64,000 bases of DNA from Octopus vulgaris (Eukaryota), in assembly GCA_951406725.2 (NCBI GenBank), contig OX597827.1, positions 33,480,001 to 33,544,000 on the forward strand, given 5' to 3'. This document shows positions 48,223 through 63,290 of this stretch, piece after piece. The position numbers and the translations under genes were made by a program. Under the pieces are notes generated by a model that was not told where the DNA came from, ran no database searches, and was given only the letters and a program-made list of their open reading frames with translations. How positions within the stretch are numbered: the stretch's first letter is position 1; each line of letters starts with the position of its first letter.

Positions 48223-48418
48223 AAGGTAGCAAGCTGGCAGAAACATTAGCATGCCGGGTGAAATGCTTAGCAGTATTTCATCTGTCTTTACGTTCTGAGT
48301 TCAAATTCTGCCAAGGTTGACTTTGCCTTTCATTCTTTCAGAGTCAATAAATTAAGTACCAATTGTGTACTAGGGTTGATCTAATTGACTGGCCCCCACC
48401 CAAAAATTTCAGGCTTGA
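48223..48418 (+). mobile_element. SINE family A
   Basis: GCTGGCAGAAACATTAGC...GAGTTCAAATTC...GACTTTGCCTTTCAT. Confidence 0.8.
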
Positions 48419-48441
48419 AAATATACTGCTGTGCAGCTTAG

Positions 48442-48941
<500 letters not shown>

Positions 48942-50046
48942 CCATACTTCTTTCAGTTTCCATCTACCAAATCCACTCACAAGGATTTGGCCCAAGGCAA
49001 AGTGCCACAAAGCAGGACTGAACCCAAAACTATGTGGTTGGGAAGCAAGCTTCTTACCACACAGCCACACTTGCACCTGTAAATCCAAAATAAATTTGAC
49101 AAGCCAGTGAGAGAGTCTCTGTGCAGTCCATCTGACCTGCTATAGAATATTTTTCAATACAATATTTTTAATGTATGCTTAAATTAGTTGGTAAATTATT
49201 TAAGGATTTGGAAGAATTTAGCAAAATAAATAACTTTTTCATTATTAAGTTGATGTTTGGAACATAATGACATTACATAAAATTATGAAGAAAAGTTTAA
49301 CTTTAAAGTAAGAAAGTTTGAATGAATAAAAAGAAATCTAGGAAGTCTCCGGTGGGCTGTAGGAAAAGCATATCCAACAATCTTAAAAAAACAAACAAAG
49401 ACACATTGTATTGTGTAGTCCTAATATATACTATGTTTGAAAAAGTAAAAGGCAAGATGGTCTGCTTAGAAAGTTTTTGATCATAGGTCTTCGTGATTGT
49501 AGGCCTGCATTTAAACAACATTATAGATTAAAAAATTTTTTTTAATTACTAAAATTAACAAGAAAAGCTTTTTTGTAATTTACAAAAATTAAAAAAAAAG
49601 AAAACGAATAAATAAATGTAGTCCTTGTCACACTTTCTCTCTCTCTCGCTCTCTCTCTCCCTCTCTCCTCCTTCAACCAAATTAAATTCAGCAACTGCTC
49701 CTTAGGGAACTGCAACAATAACAACATCAACAACAGGACAGTATCTTGTCCCAGCTGGTAAGAGAGATGAGGATCTGCTGGCTGTGTGCTGGTGGTGGTG
49801 GTGGTAGAGTAAATGTACTGGGAGATGAAGGTGAAAAGTGTAGTAGGTCACCTTCAAGGAATTTGTCCTCATCATCACATTTTACTACTCATAGTCATAA
49901 TTATCATCTTTACTTTTCATCCCTTCTGCCAGAGATAAAATAAGTACCAGTTAAATTCTAGGATCCCAATACAATCAACTATTCCCCCTACCCAACACCC
50001 AAAATAATAATAATAATAATAATAATAATGATAATAATAATAATAC

Positions 50047-50460
50047 CCTGATGCAGTACCAGGCAGTGGCTCTCATGGCTTCTCATCTTAACTGATTGGA
50101 AGTGTTATCATGTACATTGTTTAAAAGATGGGCTACAGCAAATATTCTGCTCAATACCACAGATTTGCTTGTCAGTTGTTTGACCTTAACCAGTTGAGCA
50201 TGTCCCTTAGTGGCTGACGATATGTGCATCTCTGATCACAAGCAGAAGTAGTGGGGAAGCATCATAGCCATGTGTTGAGAGGGATTCTTTGGGGTTTGAA
50301 TAATTCACCTCTGGAAACACAGGTGTTTCATTAAATATCCTTAAACAACCCTTATTCAGGGAGCTTTTGAGCGAGATGGGTTACTCGACCAGAAGAAAAT
50401 TCTAACTGGGCCCCACCTGCAAGGTCATGCGCTGCTTATCTTGATATGAGATCACCATGT
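50047..50460. repeat. Unclassified interspersed repeat (copy of 11605-12125)
   Basis: Starts right after (AAT)n; high identity to 11605-12000. Confidence 0.8.
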
Positions 50461-50839
50461 CAATGAATACAAATAAATATGAGGGAGAAAAAATAATTAA
50501 GGAACAATCACACAAAAAAAGGACAGGGTGAATACAGTGTATGCTAAAATTTTATCTTTCCTTTCTTTATCCCAAATGACATCACTTTTGAAATTTTGTG
50601 ATGCATCATTTTCATAGATTCTTGCTCCATGGGAGAACATTTAAGTGACCCCATCTCAATTCAAGTAGATTATAAAGATTATCTTCTATCTCACCTTCAG
50701 ACTCTCTCTCTCTGTCAAGACTTGAGAGACAGACAGATTAAAGAACATAGGTATTGACCCACAGTCTAGAGAAATTGACCACGGTGATTATTAGTGGGAG
50801 CAGCTTATATTGGAAGTCTATCCATGGGTGCAATATACC

Positions 50840-50920
50840 ATGGTGGAATTTACCTATGGTGAAATTTACCTGGTGGAATTTTCCATGTTGGAATTTACCA
50901 CAGTGGAATTTACCTAGAAC
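50840..50920. repeat. ~15-bp tandem repeat GGTGGAATTTACC.. x5 ending TAGAACC|TA
   Basis: Seen directly; resembles subterminal repeats of a DNA transposon end. Confidence 0.6.
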
Positions 50921-50974
50921 CTATATATATACATGTATACATATATCTTTTCACACACACACACACACACTTAT

Positions 50975-51641
50975 ACGTCGACAGAGTGTAAGCACCCTGA
51001 GAGAAAAGTTAGACATAAGAAGCATCAGATGTGGTGTGTAAGAGAGACGACTGCGCTGATATGGTCAGGTGTTGCATATGGATGAGTACAGCTGTGTGAA
51101 GAAGTGTCACAACTTATTAGTGGAGGGAACCTGTGGAAGAGGTAGACCCAGAAAAAATGGGATGAGGTGGTGAAGGACAATCTTCAAATGTTGGGCCTCT
51201 CAGAGGCAATGACAAGCAACCAAGACCTCTGGAGATATGCTGTGCATGAGGAGATCTGGTAAGCCAAGTGAGATTGTAGCTGTAGCTAATGCCAGTGTCG
51301 CATAACTGGCCCATTTAAAAGCACCCTTCCAATCATTGGGCAATATGCCATACTTGTGAAGACCTACTGAACCAAATGCCAGTGCTGCCTGACTGGTGAC
51401 ATGTAAAAAGCACCATTCAAGCGTGGTTTTTGCCAGTGCCACCTGATTGGCTCCTTTACTGGTGACACTTAAAAAGCATCCACTGCACTCTCAGAGTGGT
51501 TGGCATTAGGAAGGGCATCCAGCTGTAGAAACCTTACTAAATCTGATTGGATCCTGGTGCAGCCTCCTGGCTTGCCAGTCCTCAGTCAGACTGTCCAGCC
51601 CATGCCAACATGGAAAGCGGATGTTGAATGTCGATGATGAT
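50975..51641 (+). mobile_element. RTE LINE 3' portion
   Basis: RQSVSTLREKLDIRSIRCGV, RGRPRK, 3' UTR repeats and (GAT)n tail. Confidence 0.88.
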
Positions 51642-51770
51642 ATATATACACACACACACATACATGCACATATATGTGTGTGTGTATATATATTATATAT
51701 TCATAGGTATATATATATAATATATATATATATAATATATATATATAATATATATATATGTGTGTGTATA

Positions 51771-52801
51771 TCTTTATATATATAAAACTGAGAATGTGTG
51801 TGAGTGTCTGTCTGTCTGTCTGTGTGTTTCCCTAAAACTTGAGAACTACACAACCAATTTCATTCAAATTTTACACATGCCTTACTTAGGATCCATGTAG
51901 TTTCATGGGCAAAAAAAAAATGTTCAACTTCTTGCCTAGAGCGAGCCCATAGCAATATCATATCTTCTCTACTATTTCAGTATTACGTGTTAAAAGTGAA
52001 ACAAAAACATTTCTCTATTTTATGTCAGATACTTTCACTTTAACAATAAAAATAATAACAACAATTGAATTATATGTAGTAAGTAATAATTAAAATCAAA
52101 CTAAAGTATAATATAATCATAACATAACAAAAGTAAAAATAGCAATCGGTATAAAATTGCATCAATGACTTGAACATGAATAAGTGGTTTCACATTAATG
52201 GGAATAAATTAAAAATAAAATTAGCGTGCAGAAATGGAATAGTCCAGATGGATAATAAAAAATTAAATTAAAGAAAAGACTATTGTCTATAAAGTATACA
52301 ATGTAGAGAAAAAAGAAGATTTGAACACATGGAGGAAAGCACCTTCGAAAAGTGTCTTGGTGCGACTATGAAAGATATCTAATCAGAGGCAGTAAATTCG
52401 CCACAATAGAAGCATGGTTCATGCAAGGGAGTACTCGACTCAAACTTGCAAAGAGGAAATATTCTATCTTTACCTTTATATCTGGGACGTAGGACGTCCC
52501 GGAAAAAAATTTTAAATGCCCCACCCCCACCCCGAAATAGAGGTAGGCTGGATTGTAGCCACACTTCTATACAAGAGGGAGGACAAGATACAATTGATCG
52601 AAATTACAAGAGACGGGCTAACAATTCCAGTCTGTTATATATTTTGAGTATTGTTATCACTAGCGATATCAAGATATAACTTTGTATTTTGTATTTTATG
52701 TGTAGATGTATATATATAGATGTACATGTAATATGTACACATATATACATATATACATGCACTAGCACTATGACCCGGCAATGACGGGTCTTTAATGCTA
52801 G
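51771..52801 (+). mobile_element. Non-autonomous Helitron (~1 kb)
   Basis: A|TCTTTATATATAAAA start (same as the 4961 element), (TGTC)n, hairpin GACCCG-GCAATGA-CGGGTC, CTAG|T end. Confidence 0.8.
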
Positions 52802-53094
52802 TATATATATATATATATAGCATATAGCAAATAAGAAAATGGAGAAGCACAATAGTTGGTACAAAAATTATAAAATACTGTGCTAGTGAAACATATGTAG
52901 CACAGACTGAATTGCGATTGTTCATTCATCTCCTTTTAGTGTATTAATTTGCATACCATATGTGACTTATGTTGCTACTGAGATTGTAGTTGTGGATAAC
53001 ATGTTATCTTTTATCTTTTATCTTTTACTAGGAGAATTTCCTAGTTGAAAGAATTGGCCCCAGTACTTTTTTCACAACCACATGGGCAAGTATG

Positions 53095-53510
53095 TATGTA
53101 TGTATGTATGTATGTATTTATGTGTGTGTGTGTCTGTGTTTGTCTCCCCCATCATTGCTTGATAACCGGTGTTGGTGTGTTTGCATCCTCATAACTTAGC
53201 AGTTTGGCAAAAGAATCTGATAGAATAAGTACTAGGCTTAAAAAAAGTCCTCGGATTAATTTGTTCAACAAAAACACTTTAAGGTGGTGCTCCAGCATGG
53301 CCGCGGTCAAATGGCTGAAACAAGCAAAAGAATAAAAGAATATATATACGGAGGGCTTCTTTCAGTTTCTATCTACTAAATCCACTCGCAAGGCCTTGGT
53401 TGCCCTGAGGCTATAGTAAAAGACATGTACCCAAGGTGCTACACAGTGGGACTGAATCTGGAACCATGTGATTGGGAAGCAAGCTTCTTACCACACAGTT
53501 ATGTCTGTGC
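53095..53510. mobile_element. Two SINE family B halves in opposite orientation
   Basis: 3' half on + (53095-53340), 5' half on - (53350-53510). Confidence 0.75.
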
Positions 53511-53664
53511 CTTTAAATAATCATTCTTTATTTTATAACAGAATGATGCAATGGGAATATTATTTGCCGATTAATTAAATAATAAATTTATCAATGTTCC
53601 CTCAGAGTAGATCACTAGTTAATCACATGAAAGCTCCCAAGTTAGTGACATATCAGCATGATAC

Positions 53665-53697
<33 letters not shown>

Positions 53698-53776
53698 AAC
53701 GACACACATACATATACACATTACTGTCTGTACGAATATATTTAAGAATGCTTGTATGTATTTATAGATGTATGTA

Positions 53777-53816
<40 letters not shown>

Positions 53817-54808
53817 TATGTACATACATATATATATGTTATGTATGTATGTATGTATGCATGCATGTAGGCATGCATATGTGTATATGTATGTATGCAT
53901 ATGTGTGTGTTTGTGTGTGTGTGTATGTGTGTGTGTGTGATCAGTCAATGTTGAGAATTTGTAAGCAAAAAAAAACAGGTTTCTAAGGTTGCATATAACG
54001 CTTTATAAGTATACATTTGATATAGTATTTCCATTTATATATGTGCATTTGATATAGCATTTCCTTTGCCAGAATATTTAAGTCACACCAGAGAAAATAT
54101 TGTATTAAAAATTTATCTAAAGACCAAGAGAAATAAGTGAAATAGCTGAAAGGATTAAGCCTACGAATTTAAAATACAGCGATGTATTTATATGTTTAAA
54201 ATATAGTTAAGATTTGGTCTAGAATCAAACTAAGAGGACACAGCCTAAATTTTCTGCAAAACTGTATGAGCAGCAAATTCACTACTTACTCATTTCAGAT
54301 GTTTTTCTAATACTTATCAGAGATCATTTAAACCAGTCTAATTGAAAATAATTCACAGTTGTAAAGCAGAGCAAAAAGTGTCTTAATTTCAGCAGAGTAA
54401 GATTATTTGTATGACGACCATTAGAAAAGCACTAATACAACTCAAAAATATAAATAAAAAATTTAGAATATTCAAGTTTTGTTGCATAACTAGAGCACAA
54501 TATATGTTTTAAATATACAAATATACTTCAATATATTATCGATGTTTTAATTGTTTATACTGTGTTGGTTATTAAGTTATTAACTATACAAGAACGTCTT
54601 AGAAAATATGTGTGTGTGTGTGTGCATGTATGTTTGTGTGTGTGTGATTCATGCCAATGACTAAATCCTTTGCTACTCTGAGTTTCTCCCTATTGTATGT
54701 CAACACTGGTAGCAAGGAGATTTCATCAAACAAACAAACTGTGGAACATATATTGAATGCTGTTTGCAATTTTACCTGTCTACCTCTCTCTCTCTCTCTC
54801 TCTCTATT

Positions 54809-54845
<37 letters not shown>

Positions 54846-54864
54846 TTATATATATATATATATA

Positions 54865-55160
54865 CTCGTGACCGATGCTAAGCGCCGCCTCGACTGGCTT
54901 CCGTGCCGGTGGCACGTAAAATGCACCAATCCGACCGTGGCCGTTGCCAGCCTCGCCTGGCACCTGTGCAGGTGGCACGTAAAAAGCACCCACTACACTC
55001 ACGGAGTGGTTGACCTTAGGAAGGGCATCAGCTGTAGAAACATTGCCAGATAAGACTGGAGCCTGGTGCAGCCTTCTGGCTTCCCAGATCCCCGGTCGAA
55101 CCGTCTAACCCATGCTAGCATAGAGAACGGACGTTAAACGATGATGATGATGATGATGAT
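54865..55160 (+). mobile_element. RTE LINE 3' UTR/tail
   Basis: CGTGCCGGTGGCACG hairpin units, CCATGCTAGCAT, (GAT)n. Confidence 0.82.
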
Positions 55161-55181
55161 ATATATATATATATATATATA

Positions 55182-56349
55182 AATTTTCTTTCAGAATGAG
55201 ATAAAAAACCATGGCTGTGAAGATTATAGAACATTTATAAATAGGTCTTGGAAGACCGGGTGGAGCACTATCGGCATCTTATGCTTTTTTACTTCAGAAA
55301 AGGAAAGAAAGCAACAGAAACTTGCCGAAAGTTATGCAATGTGTATGGAGAGAATGCTGTTTCAGAAAGGGTGTGCCAGAAATGGTTTGCTCGATTTCGA
55401 TAAGGGAATTTTTCAGTAAGAGATGCACCTTGCTCTAGCCAGCGAAAAGAAATTGACTTTGACCAATTGAGAGCTGTAGTCAAACAAGACTGCAGTCTTA
55501 CGACCAGACAAATCATAGATATTCTTAACATATCACAAAAAAGTGTGGAAAATGAATTGCATAAACTTGGTTGCATTTCTAAACTTAATGTCTGGGTTCC
55601 CCATAAATTGACAGAAGCAAATCTTGTCCAGAGGGTTTCCATTTGTGATTCATTACTGAAAAGGGAAAACAACGAACCCTTTTTGAGAAGAATTGTTACT
55701 GGAGATGAAAAGTGGGTAGTTTATAATAATATGAAACAAAGAAGATCATGGAAAAAAGCAGAGGATTCTCCAAAACGAACACCTAAAACAGGTCTTCACC
55801 TAAAGAAAGTTCTGTTATCGATATGGTGGGATTGAAAGAGTGTTATCTTTTTTTAAACTTCTTCCCTTGAATAAAACCATCAATTCAGAGGTTTAATGTG
55901 AACAACTGGATAAATTAAACATGGCTCTTCATCAAAAATGGCCAGAACTGGTGAATCACAAAGGCGTTGTTTTCTACCATGACAACGCAAGGCCACACAC
56001 TGCTTTGATTACTCGACAGAAGTTGCTGCAGTTCGAGTGGGAAGTTTTGCCTCACCCTCCATACTCTTCAGATCTGGCCCCATCAGATTTCCATCTGTTT
56101 CGGTCACTGCAAAATTCATTGAATGGAAAAAATTTTAATTCTGATGAAGATGTGAAAACTTTCTTGGAAATTTTTTTGCTAATAAAGAACCTAAATTCTT
56201 CGAATAGGGGGTTAAAGATCTACCCAACAGGCGACGAAAGGTTATAGAAGCAAATGGTAACTATTGCATTGATTAAATGCATTTTTCACAGTTGTTTACT
56301 TTGTTTTGATTTTCACCTAAAAAACAAACAAACTTTTTGGCCAACCCAA
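55182..56349 (+). mobile_element. mariner transposon (DD34D), near full length with stops and frameshifts
   Basis: WVPHKL, IVTGDEKW, HDNARPH-34aa-D (YSSDLAPSDF); 3' TIR ACTTTTTGGCCAACCCAA|TA; 5' TIR lost. Confidence 0.93.
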
Positions 56350-57278
56350 TATATCTGACGATGTGAGCTAACAAAGTAATGTGGATTTGAATTAAGCCAT
56401 TATTAAATAGCTACAGCTCAGACTAAATATGCAGTATGCTTACTTTCTTCATATGTCCACCTAGTTGTGTGAGAGTGTCTATATGTGTGAATGTGGATGT
56501 GAGCGTGTGTTTGTGTGTATGCATGTGTGTATATGTGTGTGCACATGTGTGCATGCATACATACATACATATATATATACACACACACATACATACATAT
56601 ATATTATTATTATTATTATTATTACTACTACTACTATCTCAGTATTTTGGTAAATAAAATACTGAGATAAGTTGTAAAGAAATTCCCTTGCGTTCATTTT
56701 ATGAATATGAAACTAGTCTTGTGCAAATAGGCTCTGCTAACTAAGAACAACTCAACTAGTTTCACCTGGTTGTTAGTAACTCATCAAGAGTGTTTATTTC
56801 ACCTCATCTAGAGAGGAAGAGAGAGAGAGAGAAAATGAGAGCGGAGAGAGAGAGAGAGGTGTATGAATAACCTACACTGCTATTACTCATTTGCATATCA
56901 GTACATTTGTTGGAAACACACAATAATTAGATATAGAGCTGTGACAGGTATGTCTCTGCATAATTTGTAAATAAAACTGTGTGTACATTTTATAAAGATG
57001 CATTTAGCCCTGCAGTGTAAATAAGTCCTGCGCTACACAATAAAACTGTCTTTGAATTAATTATTAAATTGTCAAGAATATGGAATTGTTTAGTAAAATA
57101 ACTAAATTTTGTTTGGAATATTACTTCACAAAAGGGCTTTTTTTTTTTACATTGAATTATCATAAAACTAATAAAATTATAATGTATATTCAATATAAAC
57201 ATAGACATGTTAAAACAGACATGTTTATATCATAGAACCAGTAGACAGTCCAAGTCAGACTGTTATCAAACTGGTTAA

Positions 57279-57479
57279 CCCTTTACCATTCAGATTACTC
57301 CATCAAATGTTCTGCTTATTTATTCACTGTTTTGAATTAATCATGCATTATCTTGTAGCTTTGAGAATTTGATGATGTAATTGCTTATTTTGAGGATGTC
57401 ATTGTTGGACAGGAGTGAGAGGCTGGATCCGGATGGTTTGAACATAAAACAGGTAGAATATTTGGGCCATGCTAAAGGA
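57279..57479. mobile_element. piggyBac-type MITE
   Basis: TTAA|CCCTTTACCAT ... ATGCTAAAGGA|TTAA. Confidence 0.7.
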
Positions 57480-57794
57480 TTAATGATCTTCACTCTGTAA
57501 CATATGGCTAAGATCAAGTCTTATGAAGTCTGACTGAATTTCTTCTTCCTAGGTTTTCCAAGGATTACTTCTGTCACAAGTAAACTCATCTCAAAGCACC
57601 TGTTCATTCATCAATCCACCACCACCAAGAATTATTCATTCCCATTACACAGCCATATCAATGTGTAGTCATACCTCCTTTGTATACTAAACAATAAACT
57701 TGCTTAATAATAACTTTCTCTTCTACTTTTTACTGCAGAGTTGCACATACAGCATATCTACTGGTATACACATGTATACATATATATATATACA

Positions 57795-57826
<32 letters not shown>

Positions 57827-58691
57827 GACCTAGTGGCTTTTATATATATAACGCATCCAGTGGGCTATACATGTACTCATATACACACATCCAGTGGTCT
57901 ATATACATGTATACATATACAGCACATCCTGTGGTCTATATCTGTACACATATGTGGCACATCTACTGGTTTATACATGTATTCATATATAGCACATTGA
58001 AGGAATCATATATATATGCACAAATTGCATATTGAATGGATAACATACATATGCACATATAATACATCTAGTCAATAGTGTAGCTGGGGTGTCCACCCCA
58101 GATGATGCTTTTATGCAGGTGGCATTTCTGGATCTGCTGCATAAGCCTGTATAGGTGTAGGGGGCTAGGGATCGGGCATCAAACTCAAGGGCTGCCCTGG
58201 TCAGCACCCAATCAACATATGCCACTGCATGCATGCATAGATAGATAGATAGATAGACAGACAGACACATACACATATATATATGCATACATAAATACAT
58301 ACATCATAGGTGCATTAGGGAATGTACCAACAAATTTGCACAAAAACCTAGAAATACTCGGTTTCATAGAAAACAAGCAAAAGAAACTGATGCAGATTCT
58401 CAGTGAAGATTTGTAAGACATTAGCACAGTGAACATTGGCACAGTGAAGATATGTAAGACATTCCAAACATTCTCCACCTGAGATTCTTATGTGAATAGA
58501 TGCACACACTTGGGTGTATGCATCGACAGTTCAACCAACACACCAACTCAACCACATATTCACAAACACCAGGAACTCTCATAACTCAAAATGTTTTGTT
58601 GTTATGTTAGTAACAGGCTTGAACTCTCTCAAGAAGAAATTAAATTAAACTCAAGAAAAATCATACATATACATATATGTACATACATGTT

Positions 58692-59089
58692 TTTACGTGC
58701 CACTGGCACGTAAAAAGCACCATTCGAGCGTGATCGTTACCAGCATCGCCTTACTGGCACTTGTGCCAGTGGCATGTGAAAAACATTCGAGCGAGGTCGT
58801 TGCCAGTGCCGCTGGACTGGTTTCTGTGCAGGTGGCACGTAAAAAACACCATTTGAGCGTGGCTGTTGCCAGTACCGCCAGATTGGCCCTCATGCCGGTG
58901 GCATATAAAAGCACCCACTACACTCTCGGAGTAGTTGATGTTAGGAAGGGCATCCAGCTGTAGAAACTCTGCCAGATCAAGATTGGAGCCTGGTGCAGCC
59001 ATCTGGTTCGCCAGTCCTTAGTCAAATCGTCCAACCCATGCTAGCATGGAAAGCGGATGTTAAACGATGTTGATGAAGATGATGATGAT
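58692..59089 (+). mobile_element. RTE LINE 3' UTR repeat array and tail
   Basis: Four GTGCCA..TGGCAC-type hairpin units, GGAAGGGCATCC, CCATGCTAGCATGG, (GAT)n. Confidence 0.83.
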
Positions 59090-61276
59090 GTGTGTGTGTG
59101 TGTGTATTTGATTTATACATGAAAGATAGAAAGACAGAAAGACAGACAGACAGCTAGATACATAGATAATCAGCTCATCAACCTATTCTCACACAGAGTC
59201 ACAAAATGTACGTTTCTCTCCCTGTCTATCTTTCATGCTCAATGCCATGTTTTGAGCAACATAAACATATCAGGTATGAATGGAAAACTCTTGACACAGA
59301 AAATATTTGAGGATGAATATTTCTATCACTCCTCTACCATCTGTAGACATACTTTCCAGCCTGGGGCTAATTAGTCAAGCAGTTCTGAAGTGTCTTCTAT
59401 CTCAGACAAGCATTGGTGTATGATGCTTGGTGTGTGTGAATGTAGCTGTGGTTATATATAGTTGTCATGGACGTATAAAAGCTCTCAGATTCCCCGAAAT
59501 ATAAGCATGCTTGCATCAATGTATCTATGTATCTTTCTTTTTGTAATTGTTTCAGTCAAACAAATCAACCCCAATACTTATGTGTTTTAAATCTGTTACT
59601 TATTCTATCAGCCTCTTTTGCTCAACTGGTAAGTTAGGGAATGTAAACAAACCAGTACTACTTATCAAGTGGCAGGGGACAAACAAAGACACTAAGGGGC
59701 AAGCACATGCACACACACACACCATCATCATCATCATCACCATTATCATTACTGTTATGCTTGCATGGGTCAGATTCCTGGACCAATTGGCTTCTGATTT
59801 TAGTTTAGCAAGTAAATAACTTTTACTCATGAGGTGAAATCGTTTTTAACAGGTACACCTTAGATTAAATATATAAACACGAGGCGATCAACTGCATGCC
59901 TCATGTTTATACATCCTAATTTTTTCAAAATCTACTGCGCAGACGCAGTCCTTCGCCAGCAATAAAAAAATGCCAACTTTTAAAAACCGAAAATTATCCC
60001 AAAACTTACAATATTTAATCATATGCAGGACATCCTTGTTGACCTTTAGTTCATGCAATTGGAAAAAAAACTGCATTATTTATAGGGCAACCCATTATTT
60101 ATATACATATGTATATAATATATACATACATATTTAATACAAACATACATACACACACATATATAGCAGTGATGATGACGATGATGATGATGATGATGAT
60201 GATACTCATTTATTCTTTAATGATTTACTTTTCTTTGCTTTTATTAAGAATATTTGACAATATTTTTATGTTGATGCATTAACCTTGATATATTTCAGAA
60301 CTGTCATTCTACCAGAGTAATAATGGATATTAATCATCTTGTGCGGTGGATCCCAACCCTTTTAACCCATGGCAAATCTCCCCACCCCATGGAATCTTGG
60401 ACATTATAAGTGAAAAAAAGCACTTCAGTTTTGTAATAAATGGTTAATAGTAGAGACAGGTTACTTTTGAAAAAATTAAAAAAACTAAAAATAAAACAAA
60501 ATGTGTAAAATTTCTTAAATAATAACAGAACTTTAGTTTTATTATCATGAAATTTATTTCAACAGACATTCAAAAACTGAAAATTTGTAATGAAAATTTT
60601 TTTCAAAGGTGACCTGTTTTCTACCTTTAACATAATAAGCTCCATAAAAATAGCAGCACCCATTAATTGCACATTTATTCTCTACAGTTCTATTTCACAA
60701 AACCAAAAATATTTTGTAGGTTCAATAAAACAACCATTTATAATCATACATTATTTTTCTGTTATAACATGCACAACAAAATACTTCTAATGACACCCAG
60801 AAAATTAGTAACTTCTAAAAAATTATAATATTTGTGTGAAATCCTTTAGTCAATTTAAAAAAAAAAAAGTGCATGACTCAGTGGTTAGAGCATTATGCTC
60901 AAAATTATGAGGCAGTGAGTTCAATTCCTGAACTGTGTTGTTCGCTTTAGCAAGACATTTTTTTTTTCACATTGTTCCAGTTCACTCACCTGTAAAAATG
61001 AGTTGTGATGTCACTGGTACCATGCTGTATTGACCTTTGCTTTTCCTTTAGATAACATTGGTGGCATGGAGATGGAAGGCTGGTATGCATGGGTGACTAC
61101 TGGTCTTCCATAAACAACTTTGCCTGGACTTGTACCTCTGATGGGTACTTTCTATGTGCAATCTCATGGTCATTCATAACTGAAGAGTATCTTTACCCTT
61201 TTAATCAAGGCAGTATTCCAGCATGGCTGCAATCAACCGACTGAAATGAGATAAAGGAAAAGTAAAAGAATATATT

Positions 61277-61635
61277 AGGTGTGGCTGTATGGTAAGAAGT
61301 TTGCCTCCCAACCATTTGATTCTGTGTTCAGTTGCACTGTGTGACACCTTGGGTAAGTGTCTTCAACTTTAGTCTCGGACTGACCAAAGCCTTGTGAGTG
61401 GATTTGGGAGATGGAAACTGAAAGAAGCCTGTCATATATGTATATATATCTATGTGTGTATCTTTGTATCTGTATTTATTCTTTATCACTGCTTGACAAC
61501 TGGTGTCCATGCGTTCACATCTTGTAGCTAAACAGTTTGACAAGAGAGACTGATAGAATAAGTTCTGGGGTCAACTTCTTTGGCTAAAAGAATGACCACA
61601 GTTTGATGACTGAATGAAGTAAAAGAATGAAAGAA
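61277..61635 (+). mobile_element. SINE family B
   Basis: GTGGCTGTATGGTAAGAAG...CCTTGGGTAAGTGTC...AAAGCCTTGTGAGTGGAT. Confidence 0.8.
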
Positions 61636-61669
61636 TCATATTTACTGTAATTATTCAATAATTGTTGCT

Positions 61670-62345
61670 GATGCAGATTCACAAGCTTTTCCATATTAAG
61701 GTCCTTGATTGAGACAAATGAAGATCATCTCTGCTTACAATCTTTGAGTGATTGTAAGCTTCTGCTAGCAGGAAAAGCACTTGGTAAAAACCTGACTCAA
61801 CTACATAAGAAGTAGTGGAGGCAATGAGATAGGAAATATACATCCTACCAAAGCAATGGGAGTTTCATACTAACTTCACTACTTGTCCATAAGTTACTGA
61901 GCCCATGATTAAATTTAATATAAACAGTCTGCTCTACAGCTTTCTTGAAGATTGATATCAGCATCAACTACATTTGTTTCAAATGGGTCAACCACCCATC
62001 TTCTTATGTTTATTTCCGGGAGAACTTTGAACATAATTTCCATATCATTGTACATTTTCTTCAAATGCTTAGCATACACTACAATGTCACCCTCTTGTAG
62101 CTCCTCCTTGATAGCTACAAGGGTTGGAAAATGCATCAACCCTTTATGCCCAACAAATGTTGGGCATGGTGAATGATTTGAGTTTTCTAACAAAAGTGCT
62201 GGTACCCACTTTGCAAATTAAAAGATTTGTAATTTTACCTTGCAGCTAAATTTGTTCAGCAAATTTAGCTTCTCATCTGCAAGATGGAATTTTGTCACAT
62301 TTAGCAGTTAGGATTTCCGCTCCAAGTTGCTTACCATTTAGAAAC
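61670..62345 (-). mobile_element. hAT (Buster/Charlie-like) transposase C-terminal remnant
   Basis: ORF 61915-62193 FPTL...HLKKMYNDM...WVVDPF, followed by T.SYVVESGF and RDDLHLS dimerisation-domain-like motifs. Confidence 0.75.
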
Positions 62346-63290
62346 ATTACATTCAATGACGTGATGCAGTGAATTACCTTTAGAGATTGTCAACAATTAT
62401 ATGAATGTCAAAGTAGTAACATAATATTTGAGTCATACAAGACTTTCCAATGACAACTTGACACATTATTCATCAATGATAAATTATTATTGAACTATCA
62501 AATGAATCCATTTTTCTCATGACAGGACTTAAGATATATAGAAAATGCATTGCGTGTTTGTGTATGTATGTATGTTTTTGTTATGTAAATTTTAAAGGAT
62601 TACATACAGTAACAGAAAGTTTTAAGCAAAAGCTGAGTGTCAGTCGTGTGACCCACTTCACTGAACCTGTGCCCCCAACCCTTAATTCCCATATCTTTCT
62701 GTGAACCCAGTGAACTCTGTCATCTCCTCTTTGGAGTCATATGGCTCCAGATTGGGGTGGAGGGGAGAAATATAGATGAACAGCAATCAATAAGTGTATT
62801 AATAAACTTAATTCATATGATTCTCTTGAAATATAACAATATTGGCTTAAACACTTGGTTTCAAATCAAAATTATTGCGAAACAAATTCAAAAACAACTC
62901 TATTTGTTGGGAAGGAGACAACTGAAAAGAAAAATAATCTTTTTGACATATTTAATTTGAAGATTGTAAAATGCATCACCTGTTTTTCTTTTTTTTTTGT
63001 TTAAATATTGAAGAATGTATTGATTTTATGTGAATTTTGTATATGGGTGGGCTAGCGATACAAAACTTATTTTAATTGAACATACGCACACACTCTATGT
63101 GTTATGTTTTTGCTGACACACATGCATTCACACTGTATGTATGTGTTTCTGTGTTGTTGCTGTCATCATTGTTGTTGTCATTGTCATCATTTCCTCCCCC
63201 TCCTCCTCATCATCATCCTCATCCTCCTCATCATCATCATTGCCGCCGCCGCCCCTGCTGCCACCACCAAAAGTATGGCGACATAGCAGT

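Noticed and set aside
56355-56440. CTGACGA...TGAGCT/AGCTCA...TAAA motif
   Set aside because: GAAA core is broken and stem I is interrupted by the mariner insertion; too degenerate to call
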